Shown here piece by piece: positions 43,062-58,187 of a DNA stretch of 64,000 nt. Position 1 is the stretch's first letter. Each line of letters begins with the position of its first letter. The notes beneath the pieces are model-generated. The model was not told the origin of the DNA and did no database searches. It was given only the letters and a program-made list of their open reading frames with translations. This DNA is from Eledone cirrhosa (lineage: Eukaryota), in NCBI GenBank assembly GCA_964016885.1, contig OZ024741.1, forward strand, positions 131,626,001 to 131,690,000, read 5' to 3'. Both the position numbers and the translations under genes were made by a program.

Positions 43062-43289
43062 CGTGTATGTATGTGTGTGCCTTTCTGTATCTGTGTATAT
43101 CTGTTTGTTTATAGATGTGAGGAAGATTTCATTATATTAACTAGAGAACTATACAGTAGACGACATGGTACATGTTTTGACAAGAAACATTGACATGAAT
43201 GTACGTTCTAACACACATATATATATACATACATACATGTGTACACACACACACATATATATATCTATATATGTGTATGTGTATGTATG

Positions 43290-43351
<62 letters not shown>

Positions 43352-43831
43352 CATACACATACACATATCTATATATGTGTGTGTGTGTGTGTGTTTATGC
43401 TAGTTTAGGAGTCAGTGAGTGAAGGCGTTTGTGTGATCTATACGTGTCTTTGTACTAAGTTGACTGACAGCTGTCGGGATGTAATATACTGAGGCTGAAC
43501 TGTATGTGACATTAGATAATGTATGCGTATACGTACATATAGTAGACCTATCTATGCATATGTGATTGCATGTGTACGTAAGTGTGTATGTATGTTTGAA
43601 CGTAGAAATGTGTGTATATCTATATATAGTTGGTACTGTATTGCAGAGTCTTTCGACTGTCGCTTGAATGTGTTTTAGTGCAGAAACGTGGCCGTAATAC
43701 GGGTGCTGGATATACCGACGATATAGGTAAAATAATAGGTGTGAAGTTGGGTAGATGGATATAGTGACAAATACGTGAATAGCTAGATATATGGATGGAG
43801 GGTGGGATAGACATATAGATTTATATATAAG

Positions 43832-43925
<94 letters not shown>

Positions 43926-44019
43926 CATTTAGGTTTTTTGGTTCACCACTGAATAGAACTGGTCATTCCGTATGGTCAACCTCGATGTAACATTAGAGAG
44001 AGCACTCGATGTATGGCAA

Positions 44020-44092
<73 letters not shown>

Positions 44093-44437
44093 ATACAATG
44101 GCAGCATGACAACCCCAAAATATAGTATAATATATATAGATATAGATATATATATATATATATAGATAGACATGTAAATAGATATATATATAGAGATAGA
44201 TATATAAATATAAACACAAATTGACGCTACATACCACACGCACACACTCACTACACACACACATACACTACACTACACACACAGAGACACACACCAATAT
44301 ATATATATATATTTACATTTATCTGTGTATATGTATGCATGCATGTGCGCGTAAATTCCTTCATAAAAATTCACGCACAGATATATAAAACGATTTGTAC
44401 CTAATCACTAATATATTCTTTCTCTTTCTTTTGACAG

Positions 44438-45602
44438 GGTGAATTTCAATCGGATACCTAAATCAAAAACCCTAGCCTGATATCTGAACCTTTGCAAAAC
44501 AGTTCTATTGGGACGGAGAAATTTTACCTGTCCACCTGCTGCTACTGCTGTTTCTGCCGTCGTGCAACAGAAACTGCTGCTTCAGCTGCTGCTGCTACTA
44601 CTGCACATACAACCATTAGTTTACACCTGAGCAGAACCTGTCTGTCTATATATATGAATATATAAAGTGACCTGTGTGAAAAAAAAAAATCAAGCACATA
44701 CCTATATTTATATACCATATATACGCGTCCTCAGGATTTTATAAACAGGAATCCAGCTAGCTGTATCTATCTATCTATCTATTTATATCGAAAGAGTGCG
44801 AGAGTTATATAGTTATAGATATAGATATATATATATAAATCTATCCATATATATATGTATAACTACATACATACATATACGTGAGTTTGCCTAACGGAAG
44901 GCACTACACAGTAATATATACATACATATATATTTATATATATACGTATATGTATGTATACATATAAAACGGAACCTAACAAGGATTTATACCACTGGAA
45001 CTTCGGATCTTACCATTTATCTCAACCTACCACTCGTCTTGTAACTTTGACATATCTGTATACACACATTTGAATATCCATTCTATCCAGTCATACATTC
45101 ATCCGTACATATCCACATTCACCTGTCCATCTGTTGATTCATAAGAATATTAATAATAAAAACAACAAAGCACATATTCATGCACGCACTTCTACGCACG
45201 CATTAACACACACATTCATATATACATGTATATATAGTCTCATATGAAAATATCCATATACTTACGTTGCTAGCTACATATTCATAAATACATATACATA
45301 CACATACAAACATATATATATGTTTTTATATATATATGTATGAATGTATGCATATAAATATAGACTAATGCATATATAATATCTAACCTTAGACACACAC
45401 CAATTATATATATATTTATATATATATATACATATATATATATAAACATATCTATATATAAACACACATACATATATACACCCATTCACTCATTTGTTTA
45501 TATACACATATATTTATTTAACCAAGTACAAAGATCTATATTCACGACTGGAATAATCCTATTTCTGTGATTTTGTATTGAAAATACTTGAATTTTCCCG
45601 CC
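44438..45602 (+). other. Putative 5' UTR portion of the transporter transcript
   Basis: Branch-like ctaat followed by a polypyrimidine tract and acceptor (ttctttctctttcttttgacag, AG at 44436-44437). No strong acceptor lies just before the ATG. An internal GTGAGT at 44881 could be an alternative donor. Confidence 0.45.
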
Positions 45603-46141
45603 ATGGAGAACGAATCTGGAAATTCAGGAAAGGTGAACACTCATGTCTTTGTTAGTGTTCCCGACGAAGACATGGGGCGTGCTGGACACCTGAAAAAATT
45701 CGGCAAGCGCTTCGGGAAACGATGCTTGTCGGCAGGCAAAGAAAATCTTTTGTTGATCTTGCTGTTAGGGTCCGTTATTTTCGGTTGTGCCGTCGGGTTC
45801 CTTGTTCGAGCCGTACGGCCATCAATGATGTCAAACAAACGTGAAGTTATGTACCTCATGTTCCCCGGTGAAATGCTTATGAGGATGTTGCGTATGTTGA
45901 TTTTACCCCTCATCATGTCCAGTCTCATCTCAGGAATTGCTGGTCTCGATGCCAAAACATGTGGTAAAATGGGCCTCAGAACCATCGGGTATTTTGCTTC
46001 TACAACAATAATCTCTGTGGTGACAGGAATTATTATGTGTGTAACAATTCAACCTGGAAGTGGAAAAAGTGCCGAAAAACTGAAACGATATGGTTCAACC
46101 AAGAGAGTTAACTCCGTTGATACGTTTCTGGATTTAATCAG
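45603..46141 (+). CDS. First coding exon of an excitatory amino acid transporter (SLC1A/EAAT, dicarboxylate/amino acid:cation symporter family)
   Basis: Translation MENESG...KENLLLILLLGSVIFG...FPGEMLMRMLRMLILPLIMSSLISGIAGLDAKTCGKMGLRTIGYF...TIQPG...VDTFLDLIR matches EAAT TM1-3 motifs. The ATG is in a ccgccATGG Kozak context and the exon ends at a phase-2 AG|GTGAGT donor (46142). The paralog cannot be assigned from this exon. Confidence 0.95.
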
Positions 46142-46398
46142 GTGAGTTACCCCAATATTACACTCTGTCATACATATTTGTCCAGCTGACATGAAATATC
46201 ACGTTATATATATATATATATAACATCTCTAGTGTTTATGCATCTCACTGTTTCAGTGTCTGTCTCAATGTTGTTGCGTGTGTATATGTGTCTCCGTATG
46301 TATATGCACATGTAATTGTATATCTTTATATATATATATATATGCACATGTAATTGTATATCTTTATATATATATATGCACATGTAATTGTATATCTT

Positions 46399-46430
<32 letters not shown>

Positions 46431-46538
46431 TGTAAACGTGTTTTTTATGTATATTCAACGGTATATGTATCTATCTATCTATCTTTGTATTGTCCCCTTT
46501 TCTTGTGCGCCCTTGTGGCAAATAAAGAAATCTATTTA

Positions 46539-46622
<84 letters not shown>

Positions 46623-48059
46623 TGTACGTGTGTGTGTCTGCATATATGCATATATATGCGTATGTTTCTGTATCTATATGAACATGTATATGTGCGTATG
46701 TACGTTTGTCTATGAATGTGTCTATCTTTATGTATGAATAGTCACGTGTCTGTGTGTTTGTGTGAACTTGAGTAGTAAAATGGTAGGGAGGTGAGTGGAT
46801 AAGTAATATTTGTTTTGTTGTTTTTAATGTTTATATAAACAGACGCCTCCACATGCACACAGATACATGAGTGCGCGCGCGTGTGTGTGTGTGTGTGTGT
46901 ATGCCTCACAGCCTACACACACGCTTCTCTACATGCCAACATACAAATATGTAGTAAAACTGGTGTATTATATACAGTAAAAGGCGGAAAATTGGTAGAG
47001 TCGTAGAACGCCGGTAAGAATGCTTTACGGTATTCGCTCCGACCCTGTGTTCTAAGTTCAAAACCACGTGTGGTGGTCAACTTTCATTTTCATCATTTCT
47101 ACGTCGATAATAAAGTACAGGGGGCGCTTCTTCCTCTATACCTCTTTGTCATTCTTCCCTCTGTCAATGTTCAGATCTGGAGAAGGGGTGAGCACTGCTA
47201 TGTTCAAAGTACCCAAGCGACCCCCTCCTTAACACCACACATACATCTACAGTAGAACTGGTATACAATTTGTAAGGCTGCCACTCTCTCACTCTTTCAT
47301 ATCTTTCTATTTTTCTTAGTCAGCCTCATACTTACACTTACAAATATGTATGTTTATGCATATCTATATGTTTATGCATATCTATATGTTTATGTATATC
47401 TATATACATGAGTGGGTGCATGTTTGTATTTATACGATGCCATCAACTTATGGGAACATATATCACGTTGTGTTCTTGAGCAAGAAACTTTATTTCACGT
47501 TGATCCAGTCAACTTAGCTACCAAAATTAGATATATCTGTAATTCAAATGACCAGCCTTATTATACTCGTATCACACTGAATCGTCCTGAGAACAAGTTC
47601 ATGGTATACGTGTATGTGGAATGCTTAGCCACTTGTACGTTTTCACGATGGGGCTGTTCCTTTAAGACAATCGACGGTGATCCAACACAATATCTATCTA
47701 TTTGTCTGTCTGACTGCTTATTTTTCGACCAATTCATCTAATGATCAAGAATATGCACACTAATGAGGGCACGTGCTTGTGTGCGTAATCGGAAATGTGT
47801 TATGCATATGCACGTATTTCTGCATGTAAACATGCATGTGTGTAAAACACATATGTGTATGTGTAACACGTAAATCCCTAGAGGTGTGTACTTACATATG
47901 CATGGTCATATATGTGTGCACCCAAGTATTTATATTTATGCGTATACAAGCAATGGAAAGGCAGTCGGATAGAAGGTGTTGCAGCATTTGTTCAAGTATT
48001 GTGTACTCAGAGTTCAAATCCCGCTGTCAATTTGTCTCTCAACAAAGAACGTGCCAGCT

Positions 48060-48370
48060 CGGTGCTGGTGCATCCTTCTCTACCCCCAGGCGTTAAATCC
48101 CGGACGTTTCACTGGATCAAAAGTGGGAATGTCAAGACACTTTCTTTTTCTTCTCGTGAGGTTCCAAATCCCTGTAGCGGAAGCATGATAAACGCAAATA
48201 CCAAGCCATCCTCGATTGTGAGTGAGGGCCTTATTTTATAGCTTACATTATCAATAAATCTGTACGCAACGTTCTGAGATTGGCAATGATCCTTGCTTGG
48301 TTCTTACCCTTAGGTGAATAAGATCCCCTAATGTCCGAAGTCAGAATATCAGTGCGTGTCATAAAGGATA
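48060..48370 (-). pseudogene. Possible APE endonuclease N-terminal remnant of an L1/Tx1-like LINE
   Basis: DIRGSYSPKGKNQARIIANLRTLRTDLLIM loosely resembles the NVRGL...R.L..LR....DI..LQE motif. Confidence 0.3.
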
Positions 48371-48954
48371 TCTGAGGCGGCGAATTGGTAGAGTCGTTAG
48401 AACGATGGATAAAATGCTTTGCAGTATTTGCCCCGGCCCTCTGCTCTCTGTATTCAAATTCCACTGAAGTCAACTTTTCCTTTCACCCATTCGAGGTCGA
48501 TAAAAAGTACCAGTCTAGTACTGGGGTCAATTCTTCCTCTATATCTCCTTCTCTCACTTTCTCTATCCATCTCTGGAAGAAATCTACTGTACTCAGGCCT
48601 GGAGAGGTGATGGGCCCCGCCAGACTTTAAAATACCCTACGAAACGTTATATGTCAATATGGCGTCCCTACGTCTTCTCCCGGAGTTACGGATCCATACC
48701 AAAGTATATTTGCACCATATATACATAACTTAACACTTTGCATTATCATATTCAACTCATTCTATTATCATCATTATAATATTTATTAGTGTTTTGTGTA
48801 ATTAGACGATATATAGGAACATTTATGGAAGAGTCTCCTACTTCGGCGTGAGAGAGAAGGAGTGAGAGAACGAAGGTAGCGGAGAAAGAAAGGCGAGAGA
48901 GTGAGAGGAAGGGGAGGAAAAAGTGGGCGTGACAGAGACATAGAGAGAGAGAGA

Positions 48955-49034
<80 letters not shown>

Positions 49035-49110
49035 ATTGAAATATTATCATCATGGTCGTAAGATTTCGAAATGAGCTTAGAATTAAGTTTGAGAGCAAAT
49101 AATTTAATTA

Positions 49111-49157
<47 letters not shown>

Positions 49158-52091
49158 ATAGTAGTAGTAGTAGTTGTAATAGTAGTAGTGATGGTGATGG
49201 TGGTGGTGGTAGTTGATGTTGCTGATTCGCTTGGGTCCGACTCATGGTTGAACTATTGGCGATACGGGACTGAGATTTGGACCAGTGAAGCGATGATAAA
49301 ACCCAGTTTTATCATTGCAACTTCATAATGTTTCTTCTGTTACTTTATCTAGTTTCTATGGTGGTCTTCGGCTCCATGCCAGTACGCGTATTATCAAATT
49401 CAATTTCACTCTAGCCGTAATTGTCCAGTCATTATTCCGATATTGTATACTCCGATCTACAATATCTAAAGACTTCTTCCTTTTAAAGAGAGTAGGGTGT
49501 GGTTTGTGAGAAGAGTTGGAGACTATTTCTAGCTGGTCGAACGATCACACAGCCAGCCACTCTCATTGACTCGTAATATAGTTCCCATTTGATCCCCCAT
49601 TAAAGGTTGGCGACTGTGTCGACAGAAATCTAGAATATATAATTTCTTTCGATTTTCTTTTTGTTTTTATGTTCCTTATTCAAAGAAAAAAGTGCAGAGC
49701 GCCCATGGCATTTTTCGGGGCTTCATTGACGGATGGGTTGCAAGGAGTGAGTTATTCTCAGGTGCAAGATTACACCCGAATTCTTATCTCAGGGTAGACT
49801 TCAGAGTAGACTTCGCTAAATTCTCCTAAGTGACAGTTACTAAACCAAACAAACTGTCGGCCAAAATGTACAAATTTGTAGAATTTCTGTCGTTTGCGTT
49901 ACAGGATTTTGTCAAATATTGCTTTTAAATTTGTTTGGTTATTTTGGAGTAAGACGGGAGAATTGTTCATGCATTTTTCCATTCACACTACAAACGGAAA
50001 GATAATGATTTTGTAGATCGGACCGAAAAAACTTTCCATTGGTGATACTATCAGTCAATCACAAAAATAAGCGTCACCTATTTTCTGGTGATAAAAGATG
50101 TAGTTTGTAATCAGAACGTGCAGTGCTGGAACAACTACTGAAAGGCAACCCTTTCGAAGCTTTAACAATTCCACCAATCAACTGAATTTTGCTAGGTACT
50201 TTATTTAACATTTCCGAAATGATGAAAGGCAACATTTACATCGGCGAGATTTGAACTCAGAACGCAAAGAGTCGAAATAAAAAAAAACATAAAGCATTTT
50301 CCCATCGCTCTAATGATTCTGCCAATTCGTCGCTTTACAATTCGAACAAAAGAAATGGTGTTACTTCTACATGACTTTTCTTATTTATTATTATCATCAT
50401 CATCATCATTGCCATCATTAGCATCATCATCACCATCATTAGCATCATCATCACCATCATCATTATCCTCATCATCAACATCATTGTTCGTTTAACATGC
50501 TAGCAAGTTTTCAATTTCATAAATTCTTAATTTATTTATTCTTTATAATTTCTCTCGATATATATCTATCACGATTATCTTGTTGCATTTTTTACTGCAT
50601 GAGAACAAATTAGAGAATCCATATGTGGTCATTCGACCAGTTAAAATAGCAGCCAAATCCCCAACAGATGACACTCTACTGGTTTGGACGGCAATATTTT
50701 CCTATATGCAATACCCAAAAGAAAACATAGAATAAACTAATCGACTAGAACATCAATAAATATATGTCCTTATGCTCAGACCTTCATTGATCCAGTAAAT
50801 TTATGGTCCAAGCTGTTCCAGCTGTGACAATATTAAGACATTTTCCGTTATATCTGTTTAAGATAGTATCATATTTTATAGGATGAGCAATAAAATCAAA
50901 ATATTTCCAAAGTTCATTCATCTCTGCAATTCCCACCAGCATTATAATTTTACGATCCGAGTTCAAATCCCACCGAGGTTGACTTTGCCTTTCATCCTTA
51001 CGGGGTCGATAAAATAAAGTACCAGTAATGAACTGGGTAATTGCTGGCCTTGTGCCTAAAGTAGACAATTATAATTTTACTTGCCATTTATCACCTATGG
51101 TCTATACGCTTATATCTCTAGATGTAACTATCAGCCATGAGCTATGCAAGCTGTGGATTATGTGTTATATCATCTCTAGTTTTAAATATAAACTATGACC
51201 CTTATGTTGTACTTTCATCCCTGGTTTTAACTATAGTGTATGCACTATGGTCCCCTTTAGAGGTTCCAAATACAAGCTCTGTGCTATGTGTAAGCTATGA
51301 ACTAAGATCTTTTTAGATCTACATATGAGTCTAAAAATAGTAATGGCCTATGAGCTGTGCCTTTTTAGATCTGAGTTTGACTATAAGTTATGAGCTATAA
51401 ACAATGGGTATGATACTTCGTATTCAAAGGGAAGAATCATTAGTCTTTAAACGTCAGTAAATGCGAAGGTGTGCTGTTCCTTAAAGGAATACTGTGACCG
51501 TTGATGCTTACATCTTCTTCCGCCCATAAACCTCAAGCTACACTATGAAGGTTTGTTTGGGATTCTCAACTGTCTCTCTTGCCTCGAAAACGCCTGGAAG
51601 ACTCCTGTGTGTATTGATTACATTAACCTCTCCAATATATGACTGGTACTTCATTTTATCGATCTAGGATGGATTTAAACTCCCAACATAAACAATTAAT
51701 GAAATCAACAAAGGCAAAATAAAAGCAACTAAACACAAATATTTAATTAAATACGACTGACGGGATCATGTGACAATTGTGCTAAAGTATTCATGCATAT
51801 ATTTGTTTTAATTAACGTACATTAATTAGAAAGCAATAACAACAAAAGAAAGGTAAAATGATGCGGAAGAAAGGGAAAAAGAAGTTGATAAGAGGTATGA
51901 GAAAAGAGGAAAATTAAGAGAAGGAGGGGTGAGGAGAAGAAAGAGGTAGAGAGGAGGAGATGTCAGCTGACTCAAAATTTCTATTACAGGAATATCATTT
52001 TAAACTGTTGCTTCATTTCTCTTCCTCTCTTTCTAGCTTTCTGTTATTCCCTCCTTTTTATTTTCTGTTTCCCTCGCTATTTCTTTCAACG

Positions 52092-52164
<73 letters not shown>

Positions 52165-52252
52165 CGCACAAATAGATATATCAAGAATACAAGAAATAAA
52201 CAGGAGGATGCATTAACATAAAGTCTTATTAGTTTCAAGCTTAAAAGAGAGT

Positions 52253-52283
<31 letters not shown>

Positions 52284-52498
52284 CTGTGTATGTGTGTGTG
52301 TGTATAAATGTATTTATTTTATATATATATATATATATATATATCAGAAAGAGTGTGGTAAAATACCAGGTGGGCCATAACCCATTAAAGTATTCGATAC
52401 TTGAGGTAGTAGAGTGGGTAACGTGAAAAGATTCATTACCCCGACGCTGAGTTCCGGCCGTTTCGACAGCTAGATCCGAACATATATATATATAAATA

Positions 52499-52558
<60 letters not shown>

Positions 52559-52572
52559 TATATATATATGTA

Positions 52573-54103
52573 ATAGCAGTGGTACCCTGCATTGCGCGGG
52601 ATAAGGTATTTAGGAACGCGGGCCGCCAACAGACCTAATCGTGGAAAAACTGCATGCCTGGACAATATGTAAAGAAAATAAACCGAATACTCTGATGGCT
52701 GGATAATCTTTAAGATTTTCCTCGATGAGGCAGGAAAAATGCAGGTTTTCACCTAATGCGCGCCCTAGAGGATCAAGAAAATGAATTTTTTTTATGTGCA
52801 TAATATGCCTTGAAATTTCGGGAAAATCAGCTAGACGTAACGCCTCAAAAAAGCCCTAAAAAGCTGAGAAAATGAAGTTTTTCACCTAATGCAGGCCCTA
52901 GGCCATAAACAGTTGGATTTTCTTTGCTCACCGTATGAAGAAAAGACTGACTAATACATAGTTACAATTTTAAGGAAATCGGTTTGAAGTAACGACTAAA
53001 AAAAAACAAAAAACCTGAAAAAAACGCAGTTTTTCACCTAATGTGGGCCCTAAGGGATCAAAAAGTTGAATTTTGTTATGTGCGTAACACTCCCTGAAAC
53101 ATAAGTAATACACATGTAAAGTTTGAAAAAAGTCAGCTAAGTACTTCTCGAGTTTTAGGGATTCAAACTCACAGACATACACACACACACACACAGTGAC
53201 GTAATGCAGACAGTCATACATACAGACAGATATTATAAGGGCCTTGTGCCTAAAGTAGAAACAATTATAAGGGCGCGACGTTATATGTATGTATCTAAAA
53301 AGAGAAAGACTAAGAATTATAGAGAGAGATCGCTAAATCGCCTAATGCGGTCCCGAGAGCATTGAAAATTTGAAATTTATTTTGCTCAGAACACTCCCTG
53401 AAACATAAGTGTTACATGTGTAAAGTTTGAAAAGAGTCCGTTGCGTGGTTCTCGAGTTTTAGAGATTCAAACTCACACACACACACACAGACATCCTCAG
53501 TTTTATATATATAGACTAGCAGAAAACCGCCCACGGATGGTTTTCTGCTAGTATATATATATTACACACAGAAATGTATATATATTTCTGTGTGTGTATA
53601 TATATATATATATTACACACACAGAAATGTATATATATTTCTGTGTGTATATATATATATTTCTGTGTGTGTATATATATATATATATTACACACACAGA
53701 AATGTATATATATTTCTGCGTGTGTATATATATATATTTCTGTGTGTGTATATATATATATATTACACACACACAGAAATGTATATATGTTTCTGTAGCA
53801 CTCCTCAATTCCCCCCTCTCTCCCTCCCGCTATCCCCCTCTTGTAGTCTGTCTCTTTCTTTCACTCTCACTCTCTCTCTACGCGTGCGCAAAAAACATTC
53901 GCACGCGCGCACGTGTTTTAGCGTCTATTCACTCTCTCTCTCTCTCTCCCTCTCTCCCTCCCGCTATCCCCCTCTCGTAGTCTGTCTCTTTCTTTCACTC
54001 TCACTCTCTCTCTACGCGTGCGCAAAAAACATTCGCACGCGCGCACGTGTTTCCACTGTCGGACAGACAGACAGAGAAATGCTGGTTATATATTATAAGG
54101 AGA
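52573..54103 (-). mobile_element. Composite non-autonomous Helitron, second copy
   Basis: Collinear with 18319-19457, with an expanded internal minisatellite (53550-53790) and a ~125-bp tandem duplication (53815-54050). Confidence 0.8.
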
Positions 54104-54240
54104 TTATATATATGTATATATATTCAAGCCCGCGAACATATGCACATGTTAATTTTCTCTCAGTACTATTCTCTCTTCAACCCCTTCCTTCGCTTTAGTA
54201 ACTCTCCATCTCCTAACTCTGACTCTGAAACTCTTCCTCG

Positions 54241-54301
<61 letters not shown>

Positions 54302-54645
54302 CATTTACATCAGTCTTTCTACTCCTCTTTCACACTCCATATTTTTACTTGAAACTCACTATTTAGGGTGGCGCTATGATCAATTCTATCTTAACTTTCG
54401 TAGATTACTGGTACTCGATTATATCGACTAAGAAAGACAGTCTTTTTCGCGAAGATTTGAGCTCAAATTACATTTTGCTCGGCGCTCTATTGATTCTCTC
54501 TAAATTTTCAGGCAGTGGATTCTAGTAAATTATATTGATATAAGTATGACTGGTGCTTTATTTCATCTCCTCAACCCCAAGCTATTTGGTAGATTCCAAA
54601 GATTCAAGAGTACTTTGTTCTGTGCTCTACAAATTCTCCAAACCC

Positions 54646-55120
54646 TTCTTCTTCTTCTTCTTCTTCTTCTTCTTCTTCTTCTTCTTCTTCTTCTTCTTCT
54701 TCTTCTTCTTCTTCTTCTTCTTCTTCTTCTTCTTCTTCGAGGGTCATGGAGGCAGAGTCCTCGGACATGTCTTCCCGAGGGTACTATCAGAAGCAACCGT
54801 CTCCAATTGATCCAGCTGGATCCACAAGCAAGACCAGCCGGGCTCATGTTATCCAACCATCTCGTTTGTGGTCTGGTTCTCGCCGGTTGGTTTTTGTCTG
54901 TAAAATCTACCCAAAGATTTTTTCCTGAGACATTATAACAACATGTCCGTAGTACCAGAGCTATGATCTCTCAATTCGGAAAAGTAGTAGCTCTACATGG
55001 AACGACTTCCTTATCTCCGAACTACGAACCGTATCGTGTAAAGTTACTACTGACACTCTTCGGCCGATTGTATTCACGATCATATTCTTTTGGTCATTAT
55101 CCAAGATTCATAACCATGAC
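54646..55120 (-). mobile_element. RTE-clade LINE 3' fragment with long (GAA)n tail
   Basis: Homologous to the 2.7-3.8 kb copies (cagaagcaaccgtctccaattgatcc...gctcatgttatccaacca). (TTC)n at 54646-54738 is the tail. Confidence 0.8.
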
Positions 55121-56271
55121 GATCGAATTGAGGGTAGTTATGATAATCAATTCTCACATTGATACAATACCCAGTATTGAGGGGTAAAGTGTACACTCGA
55201 TTATATTGACCCCTCCATGTCCATAACTGGTACTAACTTCCTCGTATGACTGGTACTTTATTTTATCGACTGTTGGAAGAATGAAATACTGAGTAGAACG
55301 AAATGCATTTAAACCCAAACACACCACTGATTCTACTTCATAACTGTACTTGTCAGGGTGGATTATGGATTCTGATTTAGTCACAAGTCCGACTATTTTG
55401 GGAGAGGGGTAAGTCGATTAACTCGACCCCATAGCGTCAATAGTACTTTATTTTATCGACCCCCGTAAGGATGAAAGATAAATCTAATCTCAGCGGGATT
55501 TGAACTCGGAATATAAAGAACCTTAACTAAATACGGAAAGGTATTTTGTCAGATCTACCGATTCTGTCAATCCATCGTCCTTATTCTTATCTTATGTGTC
55601 AAAAGACCGACATTTTGGCAGAAGTGATAGTCGATCCCAGTACTTGACTATCACTTTATTTTATCGTCTCTGGGAGCCGGGGATGAAAAGCAAATATTAA
55701 CATTGTTGAAGTTTAAACTTAGAGGACAGAGCGCCACAACACATGCAACGAAGCATTTTGTCTGACGCTCGAACGGTTCTGTCAACCCAGCGCCCTATTT
55801 CGAGTATCAAAGAAAAATGCTGATTTCTGTCGTAATGACAAGACGTTGGCGGATATTATCATTTTATGATTTTAATCGTTAAACTGCAACCATGCTGGGG
55901 CACCGCGTTAATTTAGTTGATAATATGAACGCCAGTATTTTTTTTTTTTTTTTTGCCTGGTACTTATTTTATTGGACTTATTTATTTTTTGTCAAACCGT
56001 TATGTTAAGGAACGTAAACACAGGAACAAAGGTACATGGACTCGAGGTCAGACACACACATATGCACACACACATAAACACACACACACATACACACACA
56101 CAAATAAACAAAAACGAAGTACACACACATATACATATATACAAGTAGAGAAAGACATACAAATAGAGATACAGAGAAGTTGAGAAAGAGATAATGAGAG
56201 ACATAAAGAGATAAATAGAGCAGCATAGAGGGAGATAGATAGACATTAACTGAGAAAGAGAAAAATAGAGT

Positions 56272-56375
<104 letters not shown>

Positions 56376-56564
56376 AAGGAATTACGTGAATTTATAAACC
56401 ACTAAAAGTACCTCCCACAGAGTCACTGTGCTAGAAAGAGCAGTAAAATCCACCCACCTCGCCCCTATTCCGTTTTAGGAGAAAAAGTTGATGGCGAGCA
56501 TATAGCGGTCAACTTGCAAACAGACTCCCTTTATATATATAAATGTGTGCGTTTGTGCATTCAG

Positions 56565-56700
56565 CACACAAAAACAAGATGGTGTGGGACAGAACAAAAT
56601 AACAAAATAGTCGCTGGAAATTTGTAATAAATTGAAGTGAAAACCATCAGGTGCGGGTGTTATTATTGGCAGCATCACCCTCCCAAAGTATAACTATATA
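56565..56700 (+). mobile_element. Deleted derivative of the Penelope 3' region
   Basis: Two blocks match 63484-63515 and 63677-63748; ends in (TA)n. Confidence 0.7.
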
Positions 56701-57404
56701 TATATATGAAGTATTTCCGTGGTAACAGAGAGAGGGAGTGAGGGAGAGAGAGTGGGGGCAGAGATAGAGAGAGAGGGGGAGAGAGGGAGAGAGAGACCAA
56801 TACAAAAGAATAACTTTAATAAAGAGGATTCTACTAAACAACTGAATAATTGTTTCTACTTTTGGCACAAGGCCAGCAATTACCCAGTGTATTACTAGTG
56901 CTTTATTTTATCGACCCCGTAAGGATGAAAGGCAAAGTTAAACTCGGCGGGATTTGAACTCAGAATGGCAAGGGCCGTAACTCTATGCGCCAAAGCATGG
57001 CATCCGACACTCTACCAAAATAATGAAAGTATCACAACAGCAGCAATATTAACAGCAGTACTAGTTGCAGCAGTAGTAATAGCAACCGCCCCAGCAACAG
57101 AGATCGAAAAGTGTGTTATGTTATGGAACAGTTTCAAATCTCTCTAATCTATCAACAACACATTGCTTACTGCATTGATCTCTCTGGGTGTCATAATAAC
57201 ACGCACGCATGCACATACACACATGCATACATACACACATACATACACACATACATACATACATACATACATACATACACACATACATACATACATAGAT
57301 ACATACATACATTCATACATGCATACATACATATATTCATACATACATACATGCATACATACATACATGCATACATACATACATGCATACATACATACAT
57401 ACAT

Positions 57405-57513
57405 GGTGGCTACCAACTCGTTTTCGAGTACGGCCACTACTTTATATCCATGTAGGAGAACCCCTTCTCCTAGAATTCTGCCTTGACAAAGGCTAAGGGG
57501 TCATCTCTCCCGG
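57405..57513 (-). mobile_element. Truncated, internally deleted copy of the 608-bp element
   Basis: The element's 3' 60 bp is fused to an internal 50-bp piece; (CATA)n on both sides. Confidence 0.8.
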
Positions 57514-57542
57514 ATACATACATACATACATACATACATACA

Positions 57543-57576
<34 letters not shown>

Positions 57577-57579
57577 CAT

Positions 57580-58187
57580 GGCGGCTGCCAACTCGATTTC
57601 GAGTACGGCCACCACCTTATATCCATGTAGGAGAACCCCCACCGATGTGCTGAACGAGTGTGACTTTTTAGTCCAGCCAGCGACTTGAAAACTCTGGTAC
57701 AAACACTATACCTGTGATAATTATTGACACATAGTGCTGGGCCCATGGTACCATGTAACGACAAGTGCAGAGAGATCTCCAGATACAAAGCAATGCCTGT
57801 GCCGTGAAGCATTTATAGTGAGCAAAGGCACTGCACAAAGCCAGTCCCACTCTCTTAACCAAGATGATATTTACCAAAAAGAATAACAAGTTAACATCAT
57901 TGGATACCATCATGGTTGCAGGTGTTATATCAGAGTTTTCCTTCTCCTAGAATTCTGCCTTGACAAAGGCTAAGGGGTCATCTCTCCCGGTGATTTTGGA
58001 TGGCCATTGACTCTTAAGAGCTCCTTTGCCCTTTGACAGGTTTTGTTTTTAGTCCTGCAGGATGTCCAAAGTCACCCTTCTCACGAAGAAACCTTGGTGG
58101 GGTTGCTAGTTTAGTCGCCAGCGACCCAACCATGAGACAGGTTGTACTGGGATACATGTTACCAGTAGCACCAACCGGTGACCTTAC
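57580..58187 (-). mobile_element. 608-bp RTE derivative, full copy
   Basis: Reverse-complement match to 30049-30656 with the same length. Confidence 0.85.

Noticed and set aside
45588-45602. TTG start given in the ORF track for the transporter
   Set aside because: This is eukaryotic DNA and the ATG at 45603 has a strong Kozak context.
45641-45985. 114-aa minus-strand ORF
   Set aside because: Antisense shadow of the transporter exon.
49880-49920. Acceptor-like ttacag as the next transporter exon
   Set aside because: The downstream translation does not give the expected N.FP.N motif.
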